Assembly: GCF_009914755.1 (NCBI RefSeq)
Contig: NC_060936.1
Direction: 5' to 3' (one strand)
Origin: the human T2T-CHM13v2.0 reference genome, Homo sapiens
Length of the DNA stretch: 64,000 nucleotides
The notes beneath the pieces were generated by a model. That model saw only the letters and a program-made list of their open reading frames with translations, was not told the DNA's origin and searched no databases. Position numbers and translations under genes: made by a program. The stretch's first letter is position 1. Each line of letters opens with the position of its first letter. Positions 1 through 13,702 of the stretch are shown here, piece after piece.

Positions 1-272
1 GCATCTGTATGTGGTGACTGTATGATGCTCTAACTCCATTTTAAATTTAATTATCAGTGCCAATGAAGAAGAGACTTGTTATTTGTGTATTTGGAGAAAT
101 TCCAAATTCCACGGACTGAAGACTTGTTGTGATGAATTGACCAGCACTTTTTGTTCTGACAAATAAGATTTCTGCTGCTTCATCTCTTTTAGCCCTACAA
201 TTGGATGCACTTAGGGTCTGGTATCAAAGTGATTGGTATTGATGGATAAAAATTTTGTTTGGAGTAAAATAA

Positions 273-615
<343 letters not shown>

Positions 616-826
616 AGTTTTTCTTAAATAGTAGTAAGAAATATGTTAATAATTAACATATATGGATATGAATGGTTTGGAAGCACAGAAAATATCAAAT
701 AAATATTTGCTGATTTAGGAGAAGGAAAAATAGTAAGTGACTAATTTGTATTGCCAGTCTCTATGTCTGAGGGTCTTTGCCACATGTGTTATGTATGTTA
801 ATGTACAAAGTGCTGTGATGGGTAGA

Positions 827-939
827 TTTTTTTTTTTTTTTCTTGAGACGGAGTCTCGCTCTGTCGCCCAGGCTGGAGTGCAGTGGCGCGATCTCGGCTG
901 ACTGCAAGCTCCGCCTCCTGGGTTCACGCCATTCTCCTG
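827..939 (-). mobile_element. 5'-truncated AluY (right-arm fragment) inserted into a MIR
   Basis: Poly-T plus about 97 nt of CpG-rich AluY 3' end. MIR sequence (attttacagatagggaaact...) resumes at 940-1090. Confidence 0.88.
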
Positions 940-2359
940 GATGGCCAGATTCTTACTCCTATTTTACAGATAGGGAAACTACAGTTCAGAGATTAAATAA
1001 TATGCCAAAGTCTTCCCAGCTACTACCTGGTAGAGACTTAGCTGAAATCCGAAGCTATCTGATTCCCAAGCCTATGCACTTTCCACCCTACCAGCTTTTC
1101 CAAAGTGTCTAGAGAAGGCCAGTGCTGAGAAATGCTCCCTGAGTAAAGGATTATGTCACCTTATGAATTGAGAAGACTCTGAATAGCAAACCCATTTCTT
1201 AGCAAATTCCCAATGCATATAATAAAGTTTCTGAGAAGTCTTATAGAAATTAAACTAAATTAAGTTTGTTAAATCCAGCATTGGATTATGAAAACTTTTC
1301 TCTTTTCCTTATAATTCTTTGGGAAATACATACTTTACTGGGCTGGACTGAGAATCAGTGGTCCTGGACGCTTTACCAGCTAAGTAGGTAAAACTGTTTA
1401 CCTGGGGATAAGTTACATTACCTCTCTGGGCCTAGAATTCGACATTTATAAAATAAAACTCTGGCTAGATATTTTCTAAGATCCTTCTTGAGTATAAATG
1501 CTTGATGACTCCAACCCATTTCCATATGAACAAAACCCATTATGCTTTGTTTAGATTACCAACAAGATACCTGAAATCTCCACTCAATTTCCTACAGACA
1601 TCTCAAATTCATTATGTACCAATGTGTTCTTATCCATTCCACCTCCCCATCCTCCTGCATTTCTTTATCTCTGTCACATTACCAGTCACTTAAGTTGTTT
1701 AATCCAGAAACCTAGTAGTGATCCTGGACTCCTTTTTCCTTTGTCACCATCACATCCAATCAGTATAGCTTAGCAATTAAATGTGTGGGCTTCAGTACTG
1801 GAGACTACAAATCCTGGCTCTACTTGCAGGAAAATTAGAGAGCAGCTTGAATTCTCTGTGTCTCAGATTCTTTATAAATAAAATGCATACAATAATTCCA
1901 AGATATAAATTTATTGTGAAAATTACACAAGAGATAATCACATGCATAATGGAAATTCAATAAATGGTTCCTTCCTATTATTCTATCTTTAAATCTCTTA
2001 TGCTCTTCCCCTCTTCTCCATCCAGAGTAATACCTTCCTAACCCGGACCTCATTATCTTTTACTGATATTGCAATAGTCACCTAATTGGGCTGTCTAACT
2101 CTTGTCTAGTCCCTCCCACTTTATCCTTTGCATTTTTGACTGGGTGATCTTTTTGAAACAAATTCTGTCATATTACTCTGCCCTTGAGTCTTGTGGTCCA
2201 GTGACAGCAAATGACTTGAAGTTCCAAGAAGAAGCTGTGCTACTTCATGCTTTGGTATTTTGCTTTGTTACTTCCTAAGGTGACCCGGAGTGCTCTTACC
2301 ACTGCCCTTTGTTTGGCTAGCAGACATCTATTCATCTTTCAACTTAAATAATGTTGCTG

Positions 2360-2695
2360 GTCCCAGATGAATTTCTAGAATCTTGCTACTCCTCTGAAGA
2401 GATGGAACCTATTTTCTCTCCCTTTAAATCTAGATAGAGCTTTCAGCTTGCCTCAGGAAATGAAATGCAGTGGTAGTGATACTGTTTAGCCCCTGAGGCT
2501 AGGACATTAGAGGCAATGGGATTTCAGCCTGGCTTTCTTTCTTTATTGGGATGCTTGCCCTTGCATACCAACCACCAAGCTTGGAAGAAGCTCAAAGTAG
2601 CCCATCTAGGGAGACAGTATGAAGAGGCCATCTGGGATGCAACTCCCATGTGGAGAGTCTTCTAGATGACAGCTAGCATCAACTGCTGGCTGGGA
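2360..2695. mobile_element. MLT1-family (ERVL-MaLR) LTR fragment
   Basis: Resembles the MLT1 consensus (ccctttaaatctag...gaaatgcagtgg.agtgat...gatgcttgcccttg). Confidence 0.55.
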
Positions 2696-2708
2696 CTTCA
2701 TATTTTTA

Positions 2709-2756
2709 CACGTGTGTGTATCTGTATTTGTGTATATATATGGATATATGTATATA

Positions 2757-2794
<38 letters not shown>
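2709..2794. repeat. (TA/TG)n compound microsatellite
   Basis: A mixed TA/TG run followed by a pure (TG)n tract. Confidence 0.9.
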
Positions 2795-2795
<1 letters not shown>

Positions 2796-5147
2796 CTTCA
2801 TAAAAATCTCTGCCTTCATGGACCCCATATTCTTTGTAGCCTTGTGGCCATGTATTGGAAAGGTAGTGAAAGACACATCTCTGATGAGGCAAGAGGACAT
2901 ACCTCAGGAAACTGTTCTGTTAGGTAGACTTACTCACTAATGTGAAAAACCACTTACTACTTAGCATGAATTAGAAGAGAAAGCTTGAACGAGAGGGTCC
3001 CTTTGAATTGTTCCGCCTGCTTATCTAGCCAGTGAACTTCACGGCCAGTTCTACATTCAAGCTTCTTGGTAATTTAAACGTTCTCTTGTGTGTTGCATAT
3101 GGCAATCTGGGCTAGCCGTCTGGGATGTGACTCCTGCTTCAAGAGCAATGAAAAAGTTTCTAGCACTCACTGTCGATGTGGGAAGCAGACTGTTGTTGAA
3201 GTGTTATTATTAATGAGAATTACTGCTGGACAGCTTGAACTAGAGGATAATTTATTCTCCGTGAACTTCTAATTGCAGTAAAATGGTTTATTCACTGCCA
3301 TGCTTGTCCATCTTGTTTGTTCTTGTCTTTCAGGCACAGTTGACTGCAATGAAATAAGGCAGAAGTGAACAAGTTGCACTAGAAACAAAAATCTGTATTT
3401 CTGGAGACACAGTGGAAACTGGTCAGGCAGGGTTAGCTTGTGGAAGAGATGCTTGGGAAAATGGTAAAAAGCAGTATGGCATGCTCAAGGTGGAGCCAGT
3501 CATAGTCAACTCAGATGAAGCAAGACACCTACTATGTGTTATGCCTTATGCCAAAATGGGAAATCAATATTTCCAGATGGCTACTCGCTGCTCTTACTTT
3601 TGAAGTTCTCACTTCCCCTCTGGCATTTCTGACAGAGAGCTCTTTCACTTATTTTAAAATTTGGCATGTCTTCTCCACTATCCTCATTTTGCTTCTATTG
3701 ATTGCTTTGGGAAAATAAAAACTCACCATGATGAGGAGATGTAGGTTTTCCTGGTAATATCTTTAATGTTCTGGTGTCTTCCCCCCGATTTTTGCCAAAT
3801 CTCTGCCTCCCATTGATCTCATTCTTCTCCATTTTGTTTCCCTGGTAGAACCACTGCCTTTCTCTTTGCATAAATGTCATTAAATGTGCTCCTGATTTGC
3901 TGCTACCATGGTAATAGGTGCTTGTCATAGGCTATTGACTCATTACTGTATTTATATGAGATTTGGTCACTTGTGGTTTAGCAAGCTTAAGAAACAAACT
4001 GACTCTCAGCCAGGAAATGGATTCGAACCTGTCTGTGATGAACGATAGATTAGGGTTTGGGTGCTATTATTATTTAATAGTTAGTAAAGCCTCTGAGTGG
4101 ACTAGGGACAGTGCGTTGCCTGGGGAAATGGTCCTGGCTGTCACATAGCATCTATTCTACTGTAGACAGCCTTAGTGGAGCACACAGCCAGAGAGAAGGA
4201 GAGAGAGAGGGAAAGAGAGAAAGTCTTATCACTATCTTTGAATATCCCTGGAGAACAGGGTGGGAGGACAGGTCTGGAAGAATCCAGGAAATGTCAGGAA
4301 TGTCTGCATAGATGTTATGGAAACAGAGAACCTAGTTGACCTCTTGATCTAACTGTGACTGTTTCAGATGAGAAACAGAGGGCTTACATTACGATTTGAG
4401 GAACACTAGAAAAGTATGCCTACAACAATTCTTAAATAGATGTGCCCACTTGCTGCCACAGAACCTGATGTTTTGCCCCAAGGGCCATGCCTTTGGATCC
4501 CTTCTTTAACTTCCTCACTGTACACACCATTTAACAAACTCTTTTCCTTGCCTTACAATAACAATTCCCACCTCAGATCACCCAACCATGCATCTTCTCT
4601 CATCTTACTGAATGTTGCTGGTAAAATGTTTCTTCTCAGAATATCTGTCTACTTTCACATGTAAGCAGGAGATAGTAATTATTTTTGACAGGGGAGGAAG
4701 GGGGACAATATAGGAATGTTGAGAATCAATGTTGTTTCAACCTGGTAATTACCAATGGAAGAGGTCATATTCTTATGTGTTGAGACAGAAAAAGACTGAG
4801 ATCCATTAAGCTTAGGCACTGTCTTCCCTGGAATTCAGTTCCCCTGGGAGTATAGAAAAACATCCTATAGATAACAGCTGTACTGAAAGACAGTTATGTA
4901 GAGAGGAATGGCCCCCAGATTTTGTAGACAAATGTCCTGGGTCCAAACCTTGACTCTGCCCATACTGTCCGCATAACCCTTGGAAAGTTATTAGCTCCTG
5001 TATCTTTCATATTTCTTATCTATAAAATAAAATTAACCATTGTATTAACTCATGGGGTTACTGTGATTAAATGAGCATATGCCTTGAAAACACTTAGAAC
5101 AATGGCTTCAACTTAACAAGTACTACAGAAGTCTTCATAATTTTTAA

Positions 5148-5485
<338 letters not shown>

Positions 5486-7859
5486 CTCAAATTGCCTTTT
5501 CTAAGGCAGTTTGCAACTGACTGTAGCACAGCCAAGTCAGTTTGATGAAAAGAGAAATAAAGGATGGTCTTGACATTGATAACACCTCCCTTGCCATTGT
5601 GTTCAATCTGGGTAGGTCTTTTCTGGGACCGTTTCTGCCATCCTGAGGTCCATGTCAGGAAACTGTTTGGCTCCACAGGGAGAGCTGAGTGAGGGAGAAG
5701 AGATGCTAAAAAGATGTTTGCTTTTTGTTACCCATTTTGTCAGAGTCTGTAACCTTGACATAATCTTTCCTCCCATTCTTGTTCCCTTGTGAATGATGTA
5801 GAGAGTGTTTCACCTAAGTGGCTGGGGAATGATCCAGTGTTGGCGACTTTATGAGTATTGTTGTAGAAGGAGCTAGCACTTTAGCGACACACAGACCAAG
5901 GTTCAAGTCCTGTGTGTGCCACCTACTGTCTCTGTGCCTCTTGATAAATCAATGAAGGTGTCAAGAGTTGCAATTTCTCATTTACAAAATGGGCATGCTA
6001 AAATGTGCCTACCTCCCAGAGTGGTGGTGCTAATCAAATGTGATAATATGTGCGACAGCAACTTGTAAACTATAAAAGGTGACATAGATGTGAGTTGTTA
6101 CTGTTAGTGGTTCTTTTAATTTCCCTGCTCTCTACAAGCAGACCTGAATTCTAGCAGCACCTGTGTGCTGTCATCACTTGGCTGCTGATTTTATGTGAAG
6201 GCTTTACTCGTAAGTCTGGGACCAATAATTGTACACTGGCTTCTCTTGTAGTGAGAGAATGGTAGATGGTGGATGCCTATCACCCGACTGGCTAAGAGTA
6301 CCAGTGTGGAAGCTTTGTTTTCATAGAACAAGGGATCCTGACAGTTTTCAGAAAGGATTATTTTCTCTCTTTCAATGTGTAAATCGTGCAATATTATAAT
6401 AGGAAACTTTTTGGAATTACGAGCTGTTATTTGGTGATATTGTTACTCTGATAGTTGATAAAACACTTTCAGAAACCAAGAGAATTAAAGGTTGGCTAGG
6501 GTGGAATGAATGCTATAAATCAAGATTACCTGAAGGGGATATGTATGAGAGAGAAGGGATTAAACTGAATAAAGAAGAAATAAGGAGAAATATCCACGGA
6601 GCTTGGGAACATTTACCTACTTTCAGGAGCAGATCTCTGAATGTTATTTTGTGCTATTAAAGAAGTCACTCTGATGAAAATCATCTTCACTTATAAATTT
6701 ATGTAATGAGAGTATAGTTTTCTTAATTTTGTATATAGTGACTTTTGGCTACAATGGATTGAAGTGTTACAAGAAAAAAAAGGAAGAGAAACGAGATGTT
6801 ACTGTCAGTTGTGAACAGAATCAGATGGGGTCAGACCTGGGCTCTGCGGGTCACAGAAAACATTTTGAAATACCTTGTGTTTCAGGCCTTGATCATGGAC
6901 AGAAATAGAGCACAGAAGGTGCTTCTTAGGGAAGTCTTCACTTTTCCAACCTTGTGCCACAAGTAAAAAATGGAGCAAATGAGTGGCTGGGTACAGACCC
7001 TTGGCACCAAGTGGCTGGAGTAAATGGAACACTGCAGGGACACAGAACTTCGCCCGCCACTGAGCATATTACTGGAGAAATACAGTACGAAACCCAGCAG
7101 GCTTCTGCAAACAACACATCCCTTTAAGTTAATTGGTGTTATATAGAAGCTGAAATGCTCCGCTTATTTACAAAGCTACAGATTTATGTAAAGCAAAACC
7201 AATTACACTTAATGCCTAAACTATTCCAGGTGCTCAATGATAATGTTGCTAGGCAGTAGAGAAGAAACTGCTGTGTGAATGCATCCTGTTCCGAATGGAA
7301 GCCTGTGTAGTTACTGCAATTTAGCTAATCACGAGTGTCAACGCCAACGTGAGGATTCTAAGCTCTTTTGGTGTTTGCTTTGGGTCAACTTTATAATTCT
7401 GTAGATCTTTCAGCTCTAAGGACAAGTGAAACCACAATGAGCACCTTTTTCTATTATGATGTAGAAATTAAGGAGATGAAGGCAAATTTGTGGGGAGGGG
7501 GAGAACAAAATAAAGCAGGCTCCTTTTCTATCAGTAAGAGGGACTAGAGCTTCTCACTTGTACTGAGGTGAAGTGTTTAAAGATTTCTTGCTCTTGTGAG
7601 TGTTCATTAAACCCAAATTGCAAACTTGGCATTTAACCTTTTGCAGCAAGGAAAGCTTCTAAGGAATATTAGGGGTCTGCCTCACTGTTTTGCCAGGAAA
7701 CAATTGCTAAACAGAAAGGATTTGAAAAAGTTGCAGGAAACGAATTTATGCCTGTACCAGCAAGTCTTTTCATTTGTCCTCAAACAAAAAATAGTTTGAG
7801 TAACAGAAACACCTGGTGCTTTACAGCTCCTCTTTTGCAATTAAAAATGCGTAGCATAC

Positions 7860-9043
7860 CTAATCAAGTTGAGTAAATCTTTTATTCTACAGACCTAAAA
7901 TATTTTATGTATACACAAGGGAGGTGCATAATTGCAGAATAATTTGCAGTCAGCTGATAAACTCACCTGTCCTATCCAACATGAATTGTCCTGGAAAGCA
8001 ATGGCTTTTAAACCTTAGGGAACATGAGAATGATTTGGGTGTGCTTATTAAAACCACCAATTGCTGGACCCCAATCTCAAAAAAAGATTTGAGTTAAGGC
8101 AGTCTGTATAGGGGCCAGAAAGATTCACCTGTAGCAAGTTGTCCTCAACCAAATGTTGACAAATACTGCTACTGAGAAACAGACTTTAATTTTATTTGAT
8201 TTTTTAAAAAATGAGTTTCCACATATTTTTGCTTATGAAAGAAGAAACTCTTAGAAGATAATTTTCTGAATGCATCTGAATTGGCAGTGGAGACCGAAAG
8301 ATGTTATTCATATAATTCCTTTAAGCATCTCTATTTGGTTTGGTCACTTACCCTCCTCTCAGCCCCCTCATTTTATCTTCCCTAATTTCCTTCTTTCTTT
8401 TAATTCCAATAATTCCATAACTTACATTTATTTTTCAACTTTTTTAGTATGCGGACATTCTCTTTGTTAAGGACATCTATTTTAGTAATACTGCTTTTAA
8501 ATTCAGAGAAAATGTCCTTAATGAAGTCATATTTTGATAGCATAATATTAACAGCAAATATAGAAAATCATGTATATGTTTATTATTTACTCAGTTATAT
8601 ACAGTATATGGTCACAATGTAATAAGGTCACGTGTAATAAGGGATCACTAAGTGTATTGAAAGAGAGTATATTAAAATACTGTCATTTTGCTTCTAATGA
8701 CTCATTAAAACTCCAAAAAAAAGGTCATACGCTTTCAATGGCTGAACCATTGTAGAAAGCTGTAAGGTATTATTGGTGTATAGAAAACTGTCATTTTTTT
8801 TTGTCATAGAGTAATCACTGAGACTTTGAAATTATTTTATTCTAATGCTATAACATGTTAATGCAAAAGCATGACAGTTTACTAGAAAATTCATAATTAG
8901 TCTTTGTAAATAAAGTATACAGATGATATTTGTAAAATCACCTCTGTATATATTGGCTTTTACACTAAAACACATAAAATGCTCAACTGAAGAAGAAAAC
9001 AATGAATACTGTTCTCATAAGACAGGTAGACTCAAACACAGTT
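7860..9043 (-). other. SLC15A5: Probable SLC15A5 3'UTR (about 1.2 kb, AU-rich)
   Basis: Follows the stop codon. Minus-strand AATAAA hexamers occur at 8836-8841, 8579-8584, 8427-8432, 8191-8196 and 7881-7886; the 3' end is inferred. Confidence 0.6.
7881..7886 (-). terminator. Candidate distal polyadenylation signal (AATAAA) of SLC15A5
   Basis: Plus-strand tttatt with U-rich sequence downstream on the minus strand. More proximal hexamers also exist. Confidence 0.5.
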
Positions 9044-9191
9044 TCATAGGGCTGTCTCCCAAAGATCAATACTTGAAGAAAATTCCTGTATACTGCCATA
9101 AAATTTCAGAGATTTTTCGTGGAGGAGAAGTGTTTCTTCAAGATTACTTCCACGGATGTTCTGGGCATTAAAATGATTTAGATTACAATAT
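9044..9191 (-). CDS. SLC15A5: SLC15A5 terminal coding exon (probably exon 9); (R)[48 protein letters not shown]
   Basis: A long pyrimidine tract ctttctttcttttttag|A gives a phase 2 acceptor. It is followed by 48 codons and then TGA at 9046-9044. Confidence 0.92.
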
Positions 9192-12100
9192 CTAAAAAAG
9201 AAAGAAAGAAAGCTTTTCTTAGGACCAGATGTAGATGAATTGATAAATCATTTGCTTCCCTCCTGCGCTTGTCTACCTTTTATGATGGGCTCATAGATAC
9301 TGGCACAACAGTGACGATTATTTAAGAGCACTGCTCACCAAAACAGCCTTTTTAAAAGGACAAAAGGAGTTTTTGTGACTTAGTAAAGTGTCTCATAAGG
9401 ACCTTTAGGTGGCGCTTTTTAACAACCTGCTACGCTGTCTTCAGTGCTGACAGAGAGATGGTGAGAAGGCTGAAAGCCTATTGACTTGACAGATTTCATG
9501 GCGGTCAGGATGCATAAGAGGTTTACTGGGAATTTGTAAATTCAGTGCTGAGATTATGTGGAAAGCACCATTGTCAAAGAAGGAGTCTATGAATATATTT
9601 CTAGAATGTGCACTCTCCATCCCCAACCTCCAGAAAAACCTGCCTTTCCAGTGTCTTCTAAGTACCAGCCCCATGCAAGGGTGGGATAGAATCATCCCAT
9701 TTCACAGATTAAGAAACTGAAGTTTCCAAGAGATTAAATAACTTGCTTAAGGTTCATAGAAATAGTAGTTGGCAGAGTTTGGATTTGGAACCAGAACTTG
9801 ATTATTCTGAATCCTGGCGCTTTTCCTCCATGGCATACTGCCTCTAAAGACAAATTACTTTCTTAAACACTTTCGGGTAAGTTCCAGCAAAATAGGAACT
9901 TCAAATTGCTTTATTCACTGCTTTATTCCCAGTGATTGATACATAGTAGATGTTCAATAAATATTTGTCAAATGAACAAATGAATATCGGCTATAAGTTT
10001 AATTTTATCACATACACATAAGTTTCAAAAATAGATGGGGTCAGTCATCTATTTTTGATTTGTGAAGGTTTCAAAAGTTAATTTTACCTTCTTTTCCTTC
10101 TCAGTACATTACTAAAAATAACTGTAACTGTAACTCTAAGAGAATGAATACTGCCTGAACAACTCTGGTCATTTGTCTCTGATTTATGTCACTTTCAATA
10201 ATTCTTACAGCATAGACACAAAAGATTACTAGAATATTTGACAAAACAAGTGCAATATCAACTTTATAACATGTGTTTCACAACACTGGAAGGACAGTGG
10301 TGTTAGTTATAAAAACAAACACTCTCTGCCCACTCCCTCTCAAAACACCTGAAATTTCTTTTTATTTTAGCACCAAATGTGGGATAGAATACATATTTAT
10401 ATAAAGCACTGTAGACATATTTACTTTCATCTACCTACTTCCTTCACCCCTAAACTGGAAAGCCTCGAGTATGACATGTCACTAATGCAGTATTTCAAAT
10501 TTGATTGTGGAGGGGTTGTTTTCAGTTTCTTTGATGTGGTACATGTGACAGGTAAGTCTGGCCTTATATTTATGGATAATTCCTAGCTTTATGCAGCTGG
10601 GGATTTGAGATAATGTCCCAGTAACCCTCACAAGATTGGTTTGGTTCTAGGACTTAACAATAAGATTGTATCAGACTAATATGAACTTGGCTGTGGGGGT
10701 GTCTAGGGTGCTAAAACAGACCTCATCCTACCTGTATTTTGGTGAGGATGTTGTTTCATAATTAATACACTGTCCTCAAGATCTTGAGGACAAGAATAAG
10801 TTGGGACTGCCTTGTTCTTGATAGATTTGCCACTATTACCTGGCTGTGAACAGATACACCTTTGGGTTTGATAAAAAATGGGATTGTGATTGCATATGTG
10901 CTGAGATTAAATATGATTTGACTTGTAAGTAATGTGTTTCAATAATGCTGTCCCTGGGACATCGGTACTTTTCCCCATTTCTTTGCATGCTTATTGTTCA
11001 TTAGTGTTTGACAAAAATAATCAGTATAGAAAAAAATCGGAATCATGCGCTCCTCACTGCAGACACTGGTCTTTCTCTCTCAGGTTTCATACTGTGTCTT
11101 GCTTAACTCTTCTGACTTGGCCTGTCCAATCCCAATGGCCAATAGGTCCCCAAGGCAGCATGTGCTTTGGCATTGATGTCATTGGTTCTAGCTGCTTAAT
11201 CTCTGGAGGCAAATTTTCCAGAATCTCCTTACTTCTGACATGTGACATCCATTCTTTTCCTGTGGGGTGCTCGTCAACAGGTGGTAGTGGGTAGAGTTAT
11301 TTTAACTGAAGGAAATAGTTTTCTCCCAAACCAAGTTAGGAATTGTCAGAGAGCAAGAAGGCAGCTCTTCTATGGCACCTGGAGGCAGCATAGTATAGAA
11401 GTGTAGAAGCATGGGCTTCAGAGACAAATTTGGGGTTGAATCCTAGTTGTGTGAACTTGGTCAGTTTATTTAACTAGCTTTGCACTTTAGTTTTTTGATT
11501 TATAATGTAGAATGAGAAGATCTATATGCCAAGAAGGTGGTGGGGAGTAAGTGCAGTTGTTTGTGTGTGTATAGCATGCCACCCAAGAAACACAGGCTGC
11601 TCAACACATAGAAAATTAATTTCTTTCCTTCTTGCTTTGTTTCTTCCTCTCTCTCTATCTTTATTCCCTCCCTAAGAAAGTATGCAGGAGAAGAGAAAGT
11701 AGATAGGAGATGGAGAAGATTTGGTAAGAATCAGATTCATTTCTGAATGAACTTTACATTTTTACTTAGTCACTTCTCATCTTTGGTTCCTCCAATCTCT
11801 GGTGTGTTGTATATTTTTATTCTTACCTCCTCCTCTGCACTCCACGCCACTATTTCTCACTTCTTTACAGGAACTCACTAGTTCCACAATCAGAGAGAAG
11901 GAATCACACTTGAATATTTTAATTTGGGCCCTAGATGTTAGCTCCATGTAGACTACAAGTTTGCCTGTTCAACTCTATTTCTCTATTGCCTGGAACAATG
12001 CTTAGCATGTTGGTTGAGTGTATATATTAATGAGTAAATCCCTGGGCTAATAGATTCTGGGTCCAGTGCCATTTCTACCTGAACTCTGTGCATGACTGCG

Positions 12101-13160
12101 GTCATCTTGGCCACACCTCAATGTAAGTCTAGGAGAAGAATAAAAAGGAGGAAGAAGAGAGCATATGGCTAGGCATAAGACCATTATAATTACAATTGCT
12201 AACACTTCAGAGCATTTACTCATCCTCACAAAAGCCTTATGATACAGTTACTATTTTTATCATTTCCATTTTTCAAATGAAGTAACTGAGGTTTAGCAAG
12301 GTTAAACAGCTTGCTGAAGTTTGTATAGCATGTAAATTGTGAAACTGGACTCAACTTGGGTGACTAAATTATTTTATGAAAGACAAGGATCAAACCTTAC
12401 CATAGGATACAAAATAAAAATTGAGAGATGGTGCAGGTTTTTGAGAATTGCTGGGTGAGCACCACTTATGTGTCTGGAGGCAGTAGATGGAGGGGAATGA
12501 GGCCATGTGAAATCTGTTTTGCTACAATGCTGAGAACATTCCTGTTGGACCTTTCTGCAAAACTTTCTGGTTCTCTAATTTGATTTTCAATCTAAGAATG
12601 AGATCAGCATTTAGGAAAAGTATATACTGTGAAGGATCAGTTTGATAATTTATACACTTTGGAGTGTAAGAAATGTAAAAATTCAGGGAGCTATTAAGGC
12701 TTTTAATTTTGTTTTCAATTCTGCCTTGCATGAGGTTTGATTCTTTCTTATGCTGGACCATAAGCCCAATGAGAGCAGAACACTGGTGAAAATAAACCTT
12801 TATTGACATACTGACTTTGACATCTTTCTGGTTTATGACACCACCTATCACATGGCTGATGTTCAAAAAGAGATTTGTTAGGTTAATAAAATAATGACCT
12901 AGGCAAAGGTGAAGTGACAATGGATGAGATAATATATGACTAAATGACTAAAGAGATAAATGGATGGAAGGAAGTGAGGAAAATGAAAATCTGCTTAGTT
13001 TCTGCTTCGTGACAGACATTGTGATTAGCACTTTATCAATATTCGTCCCCGTAAAACCCACAAGAGGTTTTTTATTTTACATGTGTAAAAACAGAGGCCC
13101 AGAGAGGTTAGAGAATTTTCTCAAAAGTACAAGTACACAGCTGTCCAAGAATATGTCAAG

Positions 13161-13163
<3 letters not shown>

Positions 13164-13203
<40 letters not shown>
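13164..13203. repeat. (GA)n microsatellite
   Basis: Pure GA run of about 20 units. Confidence 0.95.
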
Positions 13204-13204
<1 letters not shown>

Positions 13205-13702
13205 CTGGCAATGGATGGGTGGATGGATGGTAGCTGGTACATATTAAGCCACTCTCAGGTGACAAGCTAAGGGATTTTGTAGTTTTTTTTAAATTGACCT
13301 TGAAATGGTCACTGCTGATTTAAAAGCCTGAATAGGATCCAAATCTCAAGCATCATTAGATTTCTAGCTATTTGTTTAATGGTATTTGCTTTTAGTGGTA
13401 ATGATTCACTCGTTCTTATTATCGATAAGCTTATTTCTAATTCTAAAGTGATGCTACATAGTGGGGAAAAAAATCTTGTGTTAGGATATGTTTTAGAATT
13501 TGTAAAGTACTATTTTATTATAAGGATTGATGGAAAAAGTGAAGTTCCAAATTGAAATTTCTTACCCTGAATAATCTGTTGAATTGCTCTAATATTCTAA
13601 TTTGTCCAGTCATGGTGTACAGAATTCCCTGGCTCAGTGATGGTTCCCAGACCAATATTTCATGGACTCAGAAATTTTTCATCTTACCACACACTTACTT
13701 AC

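Noticed and set aside
8674-8880. Recurrent actgtcattt / atgacagttt motifs in the 3'UTR suggesting a structured element
   Set aside because: The matches are only about 10 nt in AT-rich DNA, which is not distinguishable from chance without conservation data.
10932-11294. 120-aa plus-strand ORF (likewise 12522-12920, 28870-29253 and 38387-38743)
   Set aside because: No domain similarity or splice support. The lengths are compatible with chance, and 28870-29253 lies in an L2.
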